Translations under genes and position numbers: made by a program
Assembly: GCA_041651735.1 (NCBI GenBank)
Contig: JBAZIR010000002.1
Coordinates: 1 to 58,696 of the forward strand
DNA length: 58,696 nucleotides
Source: Verrucomicrobiia bacterium
GTDB lineage: Bacteria; Verrucomicrobiota; Verrucomicrobiia; CAIQCK01
Reading direction: 5' to 3'
Notes under the pieces: generated by a model
Databases searched by the model: none
Seen by the model: the letters and a program-made list of their open reading frames with translations, nothing else
What the model was told of the DNA's origin: nothing
In this document: piece after piece, positions 15,744 to 25,339 of the stretch
Numbering within the stretch: position 1 is the stretch's first letter
How the letters are laid out: every line of letters begins with the position of its first letter

Positions 15744-17413
15744 AACCGCAGGTGTGCTTCGAGTTTCTCGATTTGGATGACTTCGCCGGCCGGGGAAGGT
15801 CCGCGCTTTGCGACGCGGATTTCGACGCGGTTGCATCCACGCTTCCAGACTTCACGTGGAACGGGGCACTCCAGCCGGAACAATCGCTGCTTCGGGTTGA
15901 CCCGGTATTGGCCTTTTCCGCCCGACGTGGGTTGCCGCCCGGGCGAGAAAATCTGCGCATCCTTCCATTCGGCATCGCGCAGGTTGATGGATAATGGCAC
16001 GCCGTTCATGCGGATGGCCAGGTCGTCCTTTTCCGTCGCGCGGAACAAGACGCAACGCAGCGTGACGTTTGCGTTCGCAACGTCAGGCGCATCGCTGATG
16101 TGCATCACGAATTCGGCGGGCTGGCCCTCGTTGGCCAGCGACGCGGGCAGCGGCGCGGTGTCATTACGGTTGAAGAAGCCGTCGGCCCACGGATAACCGC
16201 CGCGGCGTTCGACGACGAACATCTTGTCCTTGCCCGCCATCGTGCGCGGGTCGCCGATTTCCTTGAACGCAATCTGATGCGTGAGCGGCGCGATTTCGCC
16301 GCCGATTGTCCGGGCCACTTCCGGCGTGCCGACGGCCCAGTTGAAAGCCACCACGCTGTCCGCGCCGCGCTGAAAGTGGTTGGCAAACACGCCGCGCAAG
16401 AACTCACTCGAGGCATAACGATAACCGTCGGTGGCGTGATGATCGTCGAAACACGGTTGAAGCTGGACCGCGCTGCCGACCGCGGCGCGCAAGCCCTCGA
16501 CATCCACGTCCATCGAGCGCGAGCCGAGCGTCAGCACGTCCACGAGATGCTGCTCCGCCCATGTCTTCACATCAAAGCCGTCCGCGCGGCAGCCGTCGGG
16601 TGTCTGCGGCACTCTCGCCGCCAGCAGGAACGGACGCCCCCGCTGTTGCGCAACCTCCAGCAACATCCGGCGCACCTGGCGCATGAACTGCGTGACGTGG
16701 CCGCGGAGTTCCCACTGCCGGCCAACGGGCAGGCAGGGGATGTGACGGGCGAAATCAATCTGAATTCCATCCAGATTGTAGCGCGTCGCCAGTTCACGCA
16801 GCAGGGCCACCTTGTGTTCGCGCAGGCCCTCCGACGCCAGGTTCCACATGCCATGCGGCCACCACGAGACCGGCAGAACCCAGTCGGGGTGTTCCACCTT
16901 GAGCGGATCGGGTTGTTTCGAGTGGCCGCCTCCGGGCAGAATATCCACTTCGCTGATGCGGTGGTTCCAAAAAACCTCCAGCTTGCGCCGGCGCGTTTCG
17001 TTCACCAGTTCCGCGACCCAATCCAAACCTTCACGAAGCCATTGCTGCACTAACGGAGCACCCTCCGCGGGCGCCACTTTGCTCGGATAGGCAGCACCCG
17101 TTGCACGACCCCCGATGTCCCACCAGATCGCGTCAATCTGGCTGCCCGGCTCATCCACATACGAGAACACCGCGTCGCGGAAGGGCGGGAAGGCGGCGCC
17201 ACCGTCCGGGTGCATTTTCCCGTAGTTGAGCATCACCCAGTGGACATCGTGTTGGATCACGATGCGGCGCTTTCGTTGCCGCATGGCCTCGCGATGGCGG
17301 GCGGGCAAATCCACGGGCGTCTCAGCCGCGAGGGCGTTGCGCGCTGTAACCGCAGCCATGGCCACCGCGGACGATCTTAGAAACTCCCGACGATTCAGAA
17401 AGGTGGATTTCAT
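15737..17413 (-). CDS. Tat-exported glycoside-hydrolase-like TIM-barrel protein (family unassigned)
   Basis: Start set at ATG 17413: MKSTFLNRREFLRSSAVAMAAVTARNALA (twin-arginine signal). The core ...LRELATRYNLDGIQIDFARHIPCLP... resembles GH-like (GHL) families. Function not established. Confidence 0.45.
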   Translation of the reverse strand: MKSTFLNRREFLRSSAVAMAAVTARNALAAETPVDLPARHREAMRQRKRRIVIQHDVHWVMLNYGKMHPDGGAAFPPFRDAVFSYVDEPGSQIDAIWWDIGGRATGAAYPSKVAPAEGAPLVQQWLREGLDWVAELVNETRRRKLEVFWNHRISEVDILPGGGHSKQPDPLKVEHPDWVLPVSWWPHGMWNLASEGLREHKVALLRELATRYNLDGIQIDFARHIPCLPVGRQWELRGHVTQFMRQVRRMLLEVAQQRGRPFLLAARVPQTPDGCRADGFDVKTWAEQHLVDVLTLGSRSMDVDVEGLRAAVGSAVQLQPCFDDHHATDGYRYASSEFLRGVFANHFQRGADSVVAFNWAVGTPEVARTIGGEIAPLTHQIAFKEIGDPRTMAGKDKMFVVERRGGYPWADGFFNRNDTAPLPASLANEGQPAEFVMHISDAPDVANANVTLRCVLFRATEKDDLAIRMNGVPLSINLRDAEWKDAQIFSPGRQPTSGGKGQYRVNPKQRLFRLECPVPREVWKRGCNRVEIRVAKRGPSPAGEVIQIEKLEAHLRFH

Positions 17414-17547
17414 TTCGTTGCTTCCTCTTCGCAAGGGTCGCAAGAGTAGGCGAACACGCACTTCCAACCAAGAGCCGATTTACACGAACGCGCGAGGTTC
17501 GAAACACGATGGAAGCGGCAGCCGTGATTGCGGCCGGGACCGGCCAA

Positions 17548-19197
17548 TCACTTCGTTCTTTTCTTGCCGCTCTTTTTGCCGGGACGGACAGGCTCCGGGT
17601 CGATGTAGGGCGAACGCTCGAAGGTCTGGCCGTCGCCGGTGACGCGCGGGTCGTTGGCTTCCGTGAGAATCTTCATGAGTCGCGCGGACATCTCGCGCTT
17701 CGCGCTGGCATAGGCGGGATCGTCGGCGACGTTGACGGTTTGGTCGGGGTCCTTGCGAAGGTCGAAGAGCTGCTCGGCGGGTCGCTTCGCGAAGGCGTAG
17801 TCGTAATGCCATTGCCACTGCGGCAACGCGTATTGCCCGACCAGCCACGCTTTCGTTGGGCTGGCGTCCATGTCGGCGAAGGCGACGAAGGTGTTGTGCT
17901 CCAGTTCGTCGGCGGACGGCAAATCCGCCCGGCTGGTGAACTTCGGGCTGCCCATCGGCCAGCGGTCAGGCGCGAAGTTGCGGACGTAGAGGAAGTCCGC
18001 CGTGCGCAGCGCGCGGTGCGGATATGGCAGATTGCCGTCGCGCGCGGCGGCCACATGGCGCTCCCGGCCCGTAACGACCCACGTGCGCGACGGGTCCACG
18101 AGGCCGGATTTTTTCGAGCGCAGAACGTTCATCAGACTGCGGCCGGTCATCACGTCGGGCGGCTTCAAGCCACCGGCTTCGAGGAACGTCGGCGCGAGGT
18201 CCATCAGGTTCACGAAGTCGTCCACCACGCGGCCGCCGGGCACGCCGGGCACGCGCGCGATGAGCGCCACGCCGACGCCGAAATCGAAGAGGTTGCACTT
18301 GCCGCCGGGCACACCGGGCATGCCGTGGTCACCACTGATGACAACGAGTGTGTTGTCGAGTTCGCCGATCTCCTCCAGTTTCTTGATCAACACGCCGACG
18401 CCAGCGTCCCACGCCTGAATCTCGCCCATGTAGTCGGTGTAATCCGCGCGCACCTCCGGCACATCCGGCATGAATTTCGGCAGTTTGCCTTTGACGGAGT
18501 CCGGCTCGATGCCCCACAGCGCCTTGCCGGAATCCTTCTCGTAAACGCGGTGTGTAAGCGTCGGGCCAAACCAGTAGCAGAACGGCTGGCCGGTTTTTCG
18601 GTCGGCGAGAAACGCTTCGAAGTTGCCGCGCACTTGGGACAGGATCTTCTCTCTCGCCGCCTCGAACGTCATGCCGCCGCGCACCAGTTGCGTCGCGTTC
18701 TCGGAAAAGTTGCAGAAATCGCGGCCGGCCTTTTCGTATGCGTATTGCTGACCGCCGTAAGGCGCGTCGGCGGGCTTGCCAGGACTCCAGACCTTGTGGC
18801 TCTTGCCGATGTGATAGCCCGCGTCGCGCAGCAGCAGCGGGTAGCTCGGAATGCTCTCGTCCCACTGGGCCCCTTGCAGGATCGCGCCGCGCCGCGTGCG
18901 GAAGAAATACTGTCCCGACAACAGCGAACTGCGGCACGGCGTGCAGCTCGGCGCGGTGACGAACGCGTTTTTGAACAGCGCGCCCTCGCGCGCCATGCGG
19001 TCAATGACCGGCGTCTTGAGAACCTGGTTGATGGACGGCCGGCTCTCGACCGTTGTGTAACAGCGTGCGTAACGCCCCCAGTCGTCGGCGAAGCAGAAAA
19101 GGATGTTCAACCGCTTGGGAGCCGGCGCATCGGCTGCCACACCAGAACTCGTCGCCGCTGAAATGGCCAGCACGCAAAGCAGTATCTTCGTTTTCAT
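17548..19197 (-). CDS. sulfatase (formylglycine-dependent arylsulfatase family)
   Basis: Start at ATG 19197 (MKTKILLCVLAISAATSSGVAA signal). LNILFCFADDWG and the APSCTPCRSSLLSGQ (C-x-P-x-R) formylglycine motif are present. Confidence 0.9.
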   Translation of the reverse strand: MKTKILLCVLAISAATSSGVAADAPAPKRLNILFCFADDWGRYARCYTTVESRPSINQVLKTPVIDRMAREGALFKNAFVTAPSCTPCRSSLLSGQYFFRTRRGAILQGAQWDESIPSYPLLLRDAGYHIGKSHKVWSPGKPADAPYGGQQYAYEKAGRDFCNFSENATQLVRGGMTFEAAREKILSQVRGNFEAFLADRKTGQPFCYWFGPTLTHRVYEKDSGKALWGIEPDSVKGKLPKFMPDVPEVRADYTDYMGEIQAWDAGVGVLIKKLEEIGELDNTLVVISGDHGMPGVPGGKCNLFDFGVGVALIARVPGVPGGRVVDDFVNLMDLAPTFLEAGGLKPPDVMTGRSLMNVLRSKKSGLVDPSRTWVVTGRERHVAAARDGNLPYPHRALRTADFLYVRNFAPDRWPMGSPKFTSRADLPSADELEHNTFVAFADMDASPTKAWLVGQYALPQWQWHYDYAFAKRPAEQLFDLRKDPDQTVNVADDPAYASAKREMSARLMKILTEANDPRVTGDGQTFERSPYIDPEPVRPGKKSGKKRTK

Positions 19198-19293
19198 TCG
19201 TTGGTTCCTCGCAACTATTTCCGGCCGCCACGGGGCAGCCTTCTTCAAAACACCGCAACTGCCGGCTTGTTGCGATTCGCCATGCCGAATTCG

Positions 19294-20718
19294 TCAGAAC
19301 TCCAGCTTCTTGAATCCCGGACTGGGCGTGGGATAGCTGCCACCGGCCTCGGCTTGCAGCGGAGCGGGGGAATTCATGGTGAGCTGCGCCACCTGCGGCG
19401 CGAACTCGTGCTCGTGGTTGAGCATCTGGTCGAAGGTGACAATCTGGCCGGTGTGGACAGCCATGCGGCCCATGAGGACCACCAGGCTCGCTTCGGTGCC
19501 GCGCTTGACCTCGTTGTAGGGTTTGTTCTGGCGGATGGCCTCGACAAGGTGGTCCCACTCCAGTTGGTAGGGGCTCGGCTCCGGTTGCGGGAACGCCCAC
19601 ACGAGATCGCCATCAGCCATCGTCTGGCTCTTGTAGATGCGGCATTTGGCCGGCGTGTGCATGTAGGTGGAGATGACAGCCGCTCCTTTCGTGCCGTGGG
19701 CATAGCTGGCAAACTCATTGTGGCAGCGGGCCGCGTAGCGCGAATTGAGATAGAGCTTCGTGCCGTCGGCAAAGGTGTATTCGATGGAGTAGTTGTCGAA
19801 GTTCTGGTCAATGGCGTCGCCGCGATAGCACCGGCCGCCCAAGCCGTGGGCTTTCACCGGCCACGCATCCTTCATCCAGCAACATTCGTCAACATTATGC
19901 GCGACGTAGTCGTGGAACACGCCACCGCTGGCCCACATGAAGCCGAGGTACTTCTGGATTTGGTAAAGCAACTCACTGATGCCGGCCGGCCGCGGACCGA
20001 CGGCGCCGGCCGGGCTGACGAGCCGGTAGCTCCGCAGTGTCATGATGTCGCCGATCTGGCCGGACTTGATGCGGTCGTAGAGTTCCCAACGGGCCTTGCA
20101 GTGGCGGCACATCAAACCCACGCCAACCTTGAGGTTCTTCTTCACCGACTCCTCGCCGAGCTGGAGCATCTTGCGCGTGGTGGGGCCGTCTACAGTGATC
20201 GGCTTCTCCATGAAGACGTTGATCCCCTTGGCGACGGCATATTGGAAATGCACCCAGCGAAACGCGACGGGCGTGGTCAGGATCGCGATGTCGCCCGGCT
20301 TCAGGCAGTCCATCGCTTTCTGATAAGCATCGAAGCCGAGGAACCGTCGCTCGGGCGGCACGTCAATCTGTCCGGTATGAAAACCACCCATATGCCTGTC
20401 GGCGCTCGCTGTGCTCGTTGGGGCGGCCGCGCTGCTGCTGGCGGTTTTCTTCAGGGCATCGTGGCTGCGCTGGAGGCGCTCCTCGAAGAGGTCGGCCATC
20501 GCAACCAGCTTGATGGGGCCGCTCTGGGTTGAGAGCGCGTTGCCGGCCGCGCCGGTGCCGCGTCCGCCGCAGCCGATCAGGGCCACCTGGATCGTGTCGC
20601 CGCCAGCCGCGTGGACATGCGGCAATACCGTGCCTGCCAGCGCGGAAACCGCGGCGATCCGGCCGGTGTTTGTGAGGAATTGACGTCGGGAAAGAGAAGG
20701 GGGAATCATCTCGTTCAT
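19294..20718 (-). CDS. Tat-exported Gfo/Idh/MocA family oxidoreductase
   Basis: MNEMIPPSLSRRQFLTNTGRIAAVSALAG (Tat signal) followed by the Rossmann motif VALIGCGGRGTGAAGNAL. Confidence 0.85.
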   Translation of the reverse strand: MNEMIPPSLSRRQFLTNTGRIAAVSALAGTVLPHVHAAGGDTIQVALIGCGGRGTGAAGNALSTQSGPIKLVAMADLFEERLQRSHDALKKTASSSAAAPTSTASADRHMGGFHTGQIDVPPERRFLGFDAYQKAMDCLKPGDIAILTTPVAFRWVHFQYAVAKGINVFMEKPITVDGPTTRKMLQLGEESVKKNLKVGVGLMCRHCKARWELYDRIKSGQIGDIMTLRSYRLVSPAGAVGPRPAGISELLYQIQKYLGFMWASGGVFHDYVAHNVDECCWMKDAWPVKAHGLGGRCYRGDAIDQNFDNYSIEYTFADGTKLYLNSRYAARCHNEFASYAHGTKGAAVISTYMHTPAKCRIYKSQTMADGDLVWAFPQPEPSPYQLEWDHLVEAIRQNKPYNEVKRGTEASLVVLMGRMAVHTGQIVTFDQMLNHEHEFAPQVAQLTMNSPAPLQAEAGGSYPTPSPGFKKLEF

Positions 20719-20880
20719 GCTGGCATTATGGTTGCCGATCTGACGAACTCAAGCCTCCAGTTCGCCGAAACGCGGGCTAGAAAACAGTTGACCTCCTCGC
20801 CGGACTTTTACACTATGAAAAGTGGTGTTGTTTCGAGCGATGGCGCGGTTTGATGGCTGTCGCGTTGGAGAAGAATAGTC

Positions 20881-21606
20881 ATGTTGAACCATAATACTCG
20901 GTTGGCAGTTTTTGTGGCGGCGATCCAGTGCTTTGGATTTGCGGCGCTGGCGCAGCAGCCTGCCCTTATTTCCAACGATTTGAAACCGCCTTCGCCTGAC
21001 AAGGTGGCGGCCATCCAGAATCTCCGGCAGAATGCGCCGATCTACGTGGCCGAGAAACGCGGGCCGTGGGAGGCTGAAGTGGGTGGTCCGCTGCGGGCCG
21101 GCGCGATGGAACTCGGCTTCCAACTCGGTTACGCCTCCTCCCTCCGCATGGGCGGCACACAGAACAACTACAATTTTGCTTTCGCCAATCCCCGTTTCGG
21201 CTACGTCTTCACTGACCTGATCGGCGAGGATGTCCTCGGTGGTTTCCTCAAAGGCAACGGCGAGGTGGTGTTCGAAGGCCTCTTCGGCATGGGCTTGAAA
21301 GGGGTGCACGGCGGCACCGAGGGCCTGACGATCAACTACAAGCATAACTTCATCACGGGCACCCGCTTCGTGCCGTTCGTGGAGTTGGGCATGGGCCTGA
21401 GCTTCAACCAATGGCACATCTACGAGTGCCAGACTGACTTCGAGTTCATCCTTCAGGCGGGCGCCGGCGTGCAGTATTTCTTCACCGACGACTGGGCGCT
21501 GATCGTCGAGGGCCGCTGGCACCACATGTCCAACGCCGGCATTACCTATCCCAACCCCGGCCTGAACGACATCATGGGCACGGCCGGTATTACGCACTTC
21601 TTCTGA
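20881..21606 (+). CDS. acyloxyacyl hydrolase / lipid A 3-O-deacylase (PagL-like) outer-membrane barrel
   Basis: Signal peptide MLNHNTRLAVFVAAIQCFGFAALAQQ. C-terminal ...GRWHHMSNAGITYPNPGLNDIMGTAGITHFF carries the PagL-type H-x-S-N motif and a terminal aromatic residue. Confidence 0.7.
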   Translation: MLNHNTRLAVFVAAIQCFGFAALAQQPALISNDLKPPSPDKVAAIQNLRQNAPIYVAEKRGPWEAEVGGPLRAGAMELGFQLGYASSLRMGGTQNNYNFAFANPRFGYVFTDLIGEDVLGGFLKGNGEVVFEGLFGMGLKGVHGGTEGLTINYKHNFITGTRFVPFVELGMGLSFNQWHIYECQTDFEFILQAGAGVQYFFTDDWALIVEGRWHHMSNAGITYPNPGLNDIMGTAGITHFF

Positions 21607-21624
21607 GCCGGTGACCGGCTTTAC

Positions 21625-21663
21625 GAAACGGGAGGTTGCGGTTGCAGCCTCCCGTTTCTTTTT
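21625..21663 (+). terminator. rho-independent terminator after the PagL-like gene
   Basis: GAAACGGGAGGTTGC (21625-21639) pairs with GCAGCCTCCCGTTTC (21644-21658), with one G-U/mismatch, followed by TTTTT (21659-21663). It begins 19 nt after the stop codon. Confidence 0.65.
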
Positions 21664-21806
21664 GCCGCCATCAGCTTCAGCCAGTCTTGTCGTCCACCGC
21701 TGGCAACTGGAATTTCTTGCGGGAGTAAACCGTCGCGCTCGGCTTGATGCGCTCCGTGGGCCGAATGCCCCAGAGCCGGCGTGGTTTCGGTGGCGCTGGC
21801 TTCTTA

Positions 21807-22445
21807 CTACTCACGGCGCAGCACACGCCGGCCTTCAATGCGCAACCGGCCCTCGGCAATCAGTCGCACGGCTTCGGGGTAGATGCGGTGTTCCTCGACC
21901 TGGATGCGGGCATGCAACGTCTGCGCGGTGTCGCTGTCGAGAACAGGCACGGCGGCCTGGACAATGATCGGGCCACTGTCCACACCAGCGTCCACGAAGT
22001 GAACCGTGCAGCCCGCCACCTTTGCGCCGTGGTCGAGTGCCTGTTTCCACGAATGCAAACCAGGAAACGCCGGCAAGAGAGCGGGGTGGATGTTGATGAC
22101 GCGGCCGGGAAACGCCTTCAAAAACTCGTCCTTCAGCACGCGCATGAAACCAGCCAGACAGACCAGCTCCACGTTGTGCTGGCGCAGGGCGGCAACGTAA
22201 CGCTGCTCCACCTCCGGCTCCAGCTTGGTGCGAAATTTCCCCGGCGGTATGTAGGCCGCCTCGATACCAGCCTGTCGGGCGCGGTCGAGAATCTTCGCGT
22301 TCTCGACGTCGCTGACGATGACGACGATCTCGGCGGGGAAGTCCGGCTTCGCGCACGCGTCGAGCAATGCCTGGCAGTTGGTGCCGCTGCCGGAACCGAG
22401 CACGCCGAGGCGGAATTTGCGTTGAGGGGAGATGGGCTGGCTCAT
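21807..22445 (-). CDS. purN: phosphoribosylglycinamide formyltransferase
   Basis: 212 aa. RLGVLGSGSGTNCQALLDA...NIHPALLPAFPGLHSWKQALDHGAKVAGCTVHFVDAGVDSGPII is a canonical PurN. Confidence 0.92.
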   Translation of the reverse strand: MSQPISPQRKFRLGVLGSGSGTNCQALLDACAKPDFPAEIVVIVSDVENAKILDRARQAGIEAAYIPPGKFRTKLEPEVEQRYVAALRQHNVELVCLAGFMRVLKDEFLKAFPGRVINIHPALLPAFPGLHSWKQALDHGAKVAGCTVHFVDAGVDSGPIIVQAAVPVLDSDTAQTLHARIQVEEHRIYPEAVRLIAEGRLRIEGRRVLRRE

Positions 22446-22476
22446 TTGAAATTTCAGATGGGAAACTTCAAATGCG

Positions 22477-23601
22477 TCACGCCAGACACAAGGCCAGTTC
22501 GCGCAGCAGCTCGCGCGAGCCGCAGGTCTGCACGCGTTCGATGGCCCGCTTCTCGCGGCGGTCCACTTCCTGAAAACTGATCCCGATGAGTCGCGCGGTT
22601 TCTTCGAGCGAATACGCCACGCCGGCGGTGTTGAAGCCGTAACGGAGCACGATCACCTGCCGTTGTTTGTCTGTCAGACACTCAAAAAGCCGCTCCAGCA
22701 ACGGGCGGATTTCGCGCCGCGTCATCGTTTCCGCCGGATGCTCAGACCATTCGTCGTGCGCTTCGCCGCGATCCGCCCATGCCGTTTCCAGCGGCACACG
22801 CTGCGGCATCACGTCCAACTGGCGCAGGCGCGGCAGCGCGTTCACGGGCACATGCACCGGCGCGCGCTGGGATTGCAGGAAACGGAGCATCGCGCCGCGA
22901 ATCCATTCCTGCGCGCAGGTCGAGAGCCGGCAGCCGGTGGTGTTGGCGGTCTTGTCGATCGCATGGAGCAACGCCATGCAGCCTTCCTGAAATGCGTCGT
23001 GAAACCGATCCGACCCCGACTCCATGCGGCCCGCGAGGTCATAGACCAGCCGCACGTGCGAGAAGAACAAATCGGTCTGCGCCGCCTTGTAGCGCCGATA
23101 GTCGCGCTTGATGTGCAGCTTGAGCCTGTCGCAGAGCGCCACCAATTCGTTCGGCAGCAACCATCGCCGGCGGGCGGCGGGGATGTCGTTTTCGGCGCCC
23201 AACTGGAAGAGGATGTGCCGGGCCTGCCGGGCGGTGATGTTGCCGGTAAAACTCTCCAGCACGCCAAGCAACACGTCTTTTTGCGATTCCACCAGCAACG
23301 ACTGGATGGCTTGTTCCGTGCTCACGCCTTGGCGGCCACCACGCAGGTCACGCAACTGCATCTCGATCTGGATACTCTGGCGGAACTGCGGCCAGCTCAG
23401 CAGCTCGGCAAGGAATCGCCGGTAATGGGCTACAGTCTGGCGCAAACTTCGCTCCCGGTCGGCATCGAGCGTCGCCACCGACGCGCCGCTCTCGCGAACA
23501 TAGCGAATCAGTCGCTCATACCCATCCACCCGATCTCTCGCGCCGGCTTCCGGCCGCGCGCCAGTCTCGGGAAGAGCCTGGTTGGCGGTTACTACAGTCA
23601 T
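22477..23601 (-). CDS. sigma-70 family RNA polymerase sigma factor with ~170-aa N-terminal extension
   Basis: Region 2: FFSHVRLVYDLAGRM...FQEGCMALLHAIDKT...CAQEWIRGAMLRFL. Region 4: LTDKQRQVIVLRYGF...YSLEETARLIGISFQEVDRREKRAIERV. 374 aa in total. Confidence 0.8.
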   Translation of the reverse strand: MTVVTANQALPETGARPEAGARDRVDGYERLIRYVRESGASVATLDADRERSLRQTVAHYRRFLAELLSWPQFRQSIQIEMQLRDLRGGRQGVSTEQAIQSLLVESQKDVLLGVLESFTGNITARQARHILFQLGAENDIPAARRRWLLPNELVALCDRLKLHIKRDYRRYKAAQTDLFFSHVRLVYDLAGRMESGSDRFHDAFQEGCMALLHAIDKTANTTGCRLSTCAQEWIRGAMLRFLQSQRAPVHVPVNALPRLRQLDVMPQRVPLETAWADRGEAHDEWSEHPAETMTRREIRPLLERLFECLTDKQRQVIVLRYGFNTAGVAYSLEETARLIGISFQEVDRREKRAIERVQTCGSRELLRELALCLA

Positions 23602-23701
23602 ACGAAACTGCTAAACATTACCCCCGACTGGCACTTGTGGCAATGGCTTAGTGTGTCGGACCGCTTTACAGCACGGCGATCTTGGGTAAGAATCCCGGAT
23701 C

Positions 23702-24829
23702 GTGCAAAGGCGGAGTCTATCCGGGAGATGTTGGGGCCGATGGTTGTGGCTGGCCGCAGGGTTGGCCGCGGCGGCGGCGCTGTCTGCCCACGCGAGGGCT
23801 TCGGATGCAGACGCCATGCCGTCTCTCAGATTCTCAGACTTCATCACTTCGGCCCAGAAGGCGGACTCCGTGCCGCGCCTGAAACCACTCGATGATCTGG
23901 ATCTGCACTACACCAAGAACACCTCCGCGGTCAGTGCGGAGGCGATTGCGCGCGGCCAGCGCTCCGGCGAGGACATCTTCAAAGCCGCCTATGAACGTCC
24001 CGTGGCGCGCGATCTGGCTCTGCAGATGGACGGCTCGTTGCGGTTTCCGCAGGAGAGTCCGCTCTCCGAGACCGGCGTGGCCCAGGGCAGCCTCGCGCTG
24101 AACAGCCTCACGACGCGGGCGGTTTACGCCGGCACGGACAACTGGTCGGTGAAGCCTTTCTACTCACACTCGATGTGGAATTACCAGGAACGCGGGATGG
24201 CGATGACAAACGACCATGCCGTCAGCAGCCTCGGTCTCGACGCCGACTGGCAAGCGACGCGCCGCACCAAGCTCACCAGCGGGTTGCAGACCAAGCAGGT
24301 GGACTACACCCTGTCTGCGTCCAGCTACCGAGCCGAAATCGGGTCGTTCGGCATCGAGCAACAACTGACCGGCAAGCTCAAGGCCGGCGCCAGTGTCGGC
24401 ACCGAGATGCGGGAAGAGTTGTCCGGCAAGCACGTGGTAAACCCCAGCAACGACCTGAACCTGAGCTACACGCTGCCGTACGACGCAACGTTGACCGTCG
24501 GCCGCCGCCAGTCAGTTCAGGAGAATTATCTGCCGGATTTCTACGAGGACCTCACCGAGGCCTACTATTCGCGCCTGAACCAGCGTGTTTCGCCAAACCT
24601 CCATTTGAGCACCTCCGCCGCGCTGGAGTTCGCCGGCCGAAACAGCGCATTGTCCAGCGTTCAGTCAACATACAATGAGTGCTGGCAGTTCCAGGTCGCA
24701 CCCACCTACCAACTGCGCGAGGATCTGAGCGCACAACTGGGTTACAGCCTGAAGGTTTACACAGTGCCGGCGCTGCAGAACCAAACGACGGACAACTGTG
24801 TTTTCTTGAGTTTGAAATTCACCTACTGA
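23702..24829 (+). CDS. predicted outer-membrane beta-barrel protein (unassigned family)
   Basis: GTG start. Signal-like N-terminus RCWGRWLWLAAGLAAAAALSAHA. Alternating amphipathic strands throughout and a C-terminal ...CVFLSLKFTY, a typical OMP terminal aromatic. Confidence 0.5.
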   Translation: MQRRSLSGRCWGRWLWLAAGLAAAAALSAHARASDADAMPSLRFSDFITSAQKADSVPRLKPLDDLDLHYTKNTSAVSAEAIARGQRSGEDIFKAAYERPVARDLALQMDGSLRFPQESPLSETGVAQGSLALNSLTTRAVYAGTDNWSVKPFYSHSMWNYQERGMAMTNDHAVSSLGLDADWQATRRTKLTSGLQTKQVDYTLSASSYRAEIGSFGIEQQLTGKLKAGASVGTEMREELSGKHVVNPSNDLNLSYTLPYDATLTVGRRQSVQENYLPDFYEDLTEAYYSRLNQRVSPNLHLSTSAALEFAGRNSALSSVQSTYNECWQFQVAPTYQLREDLSAQLGYSLKVYTVPALQNQTTDNCVFLSLKFTY

Positions 24830-24846
24830 GCCACCGACGAGGCACC

Positions 24847-25266
24847 ATGACTGACAAAAATATTCCTGATCTCCAAGCCGTGCTGGTCTGCGAGGACGTC
24901 CGGCAGGAAATGAATCCCGCCAGCCAGACGCTCGTCGGCGTCGTCAACTGCCTCCAGTCGCCGCAGTTTCCCGTCACGGCCTTCAAGCTGTTCGTCTGGG
25001 TGCGCTGGTGCGCCGGGCGCGGCCGGTTCACGCAGCGGGTCCGGCTGCTGACCACCGATGAAGTCACGGTGTTGCGCGAGTCCGACTGCACATTCCAGCT
25101 CGCCGACGAAAACGTCAGCGCCACCAACGTCACACTCTTCGGCGGCGTGCAGTTTGAGCGGCCCGGCGTTTACTGGGTCGAAGTCCACCTCGACGACGAA
25201 CTGAAGATTCACTTCCCGTTTCCAGTACTGCAGATCCAGCAACCGCCAGCGGCGAAGAACAATTGA
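24847..25266 (+). CDS. hypothetical 139-aa protein (no signal peptide, beta-rich)
   Basis: ATG 24847, 17 nt after the barrel gene. MTDKNIPDLQAVLVCEDVRQEMN...FKLFVWVRWCAGRGRFTQRVRLL...YWVEVHLDDELKIHFPFPVLQ. No family confidently recognised. Confidence 0.5.
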   Translation: MTDKNIPDLQAVLVCEDVRQEMNPASQTLVGVVNCLQSPQFPVTAFKLFVWVRWCAGRGRFTQRVRLLTTDEVTVLRESDCTFQLADENVSATNVTLFGGVQFERPGVYWVEVHLDDELKIHFPFPVLQIQQPPAAKNN

Positions 25267-25339
25267 GGGGGATCGGTGGAGTGCGCAGAGTGACCGTGGG
25301 CTTCCCCCGTGTTCACCGCATATCCCGCAGCGTGGCGCC

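Noticed and set aside
23629-23644. TGGCACttgtGGCAat, resembling a sigma-54 -24 box upstream of the barrel gene.
   Set aside because: The GG to GC spacing is 10 rather than 12 nt and there is no TTGC -12 element, so it does not fit the -24/-12 geometry.
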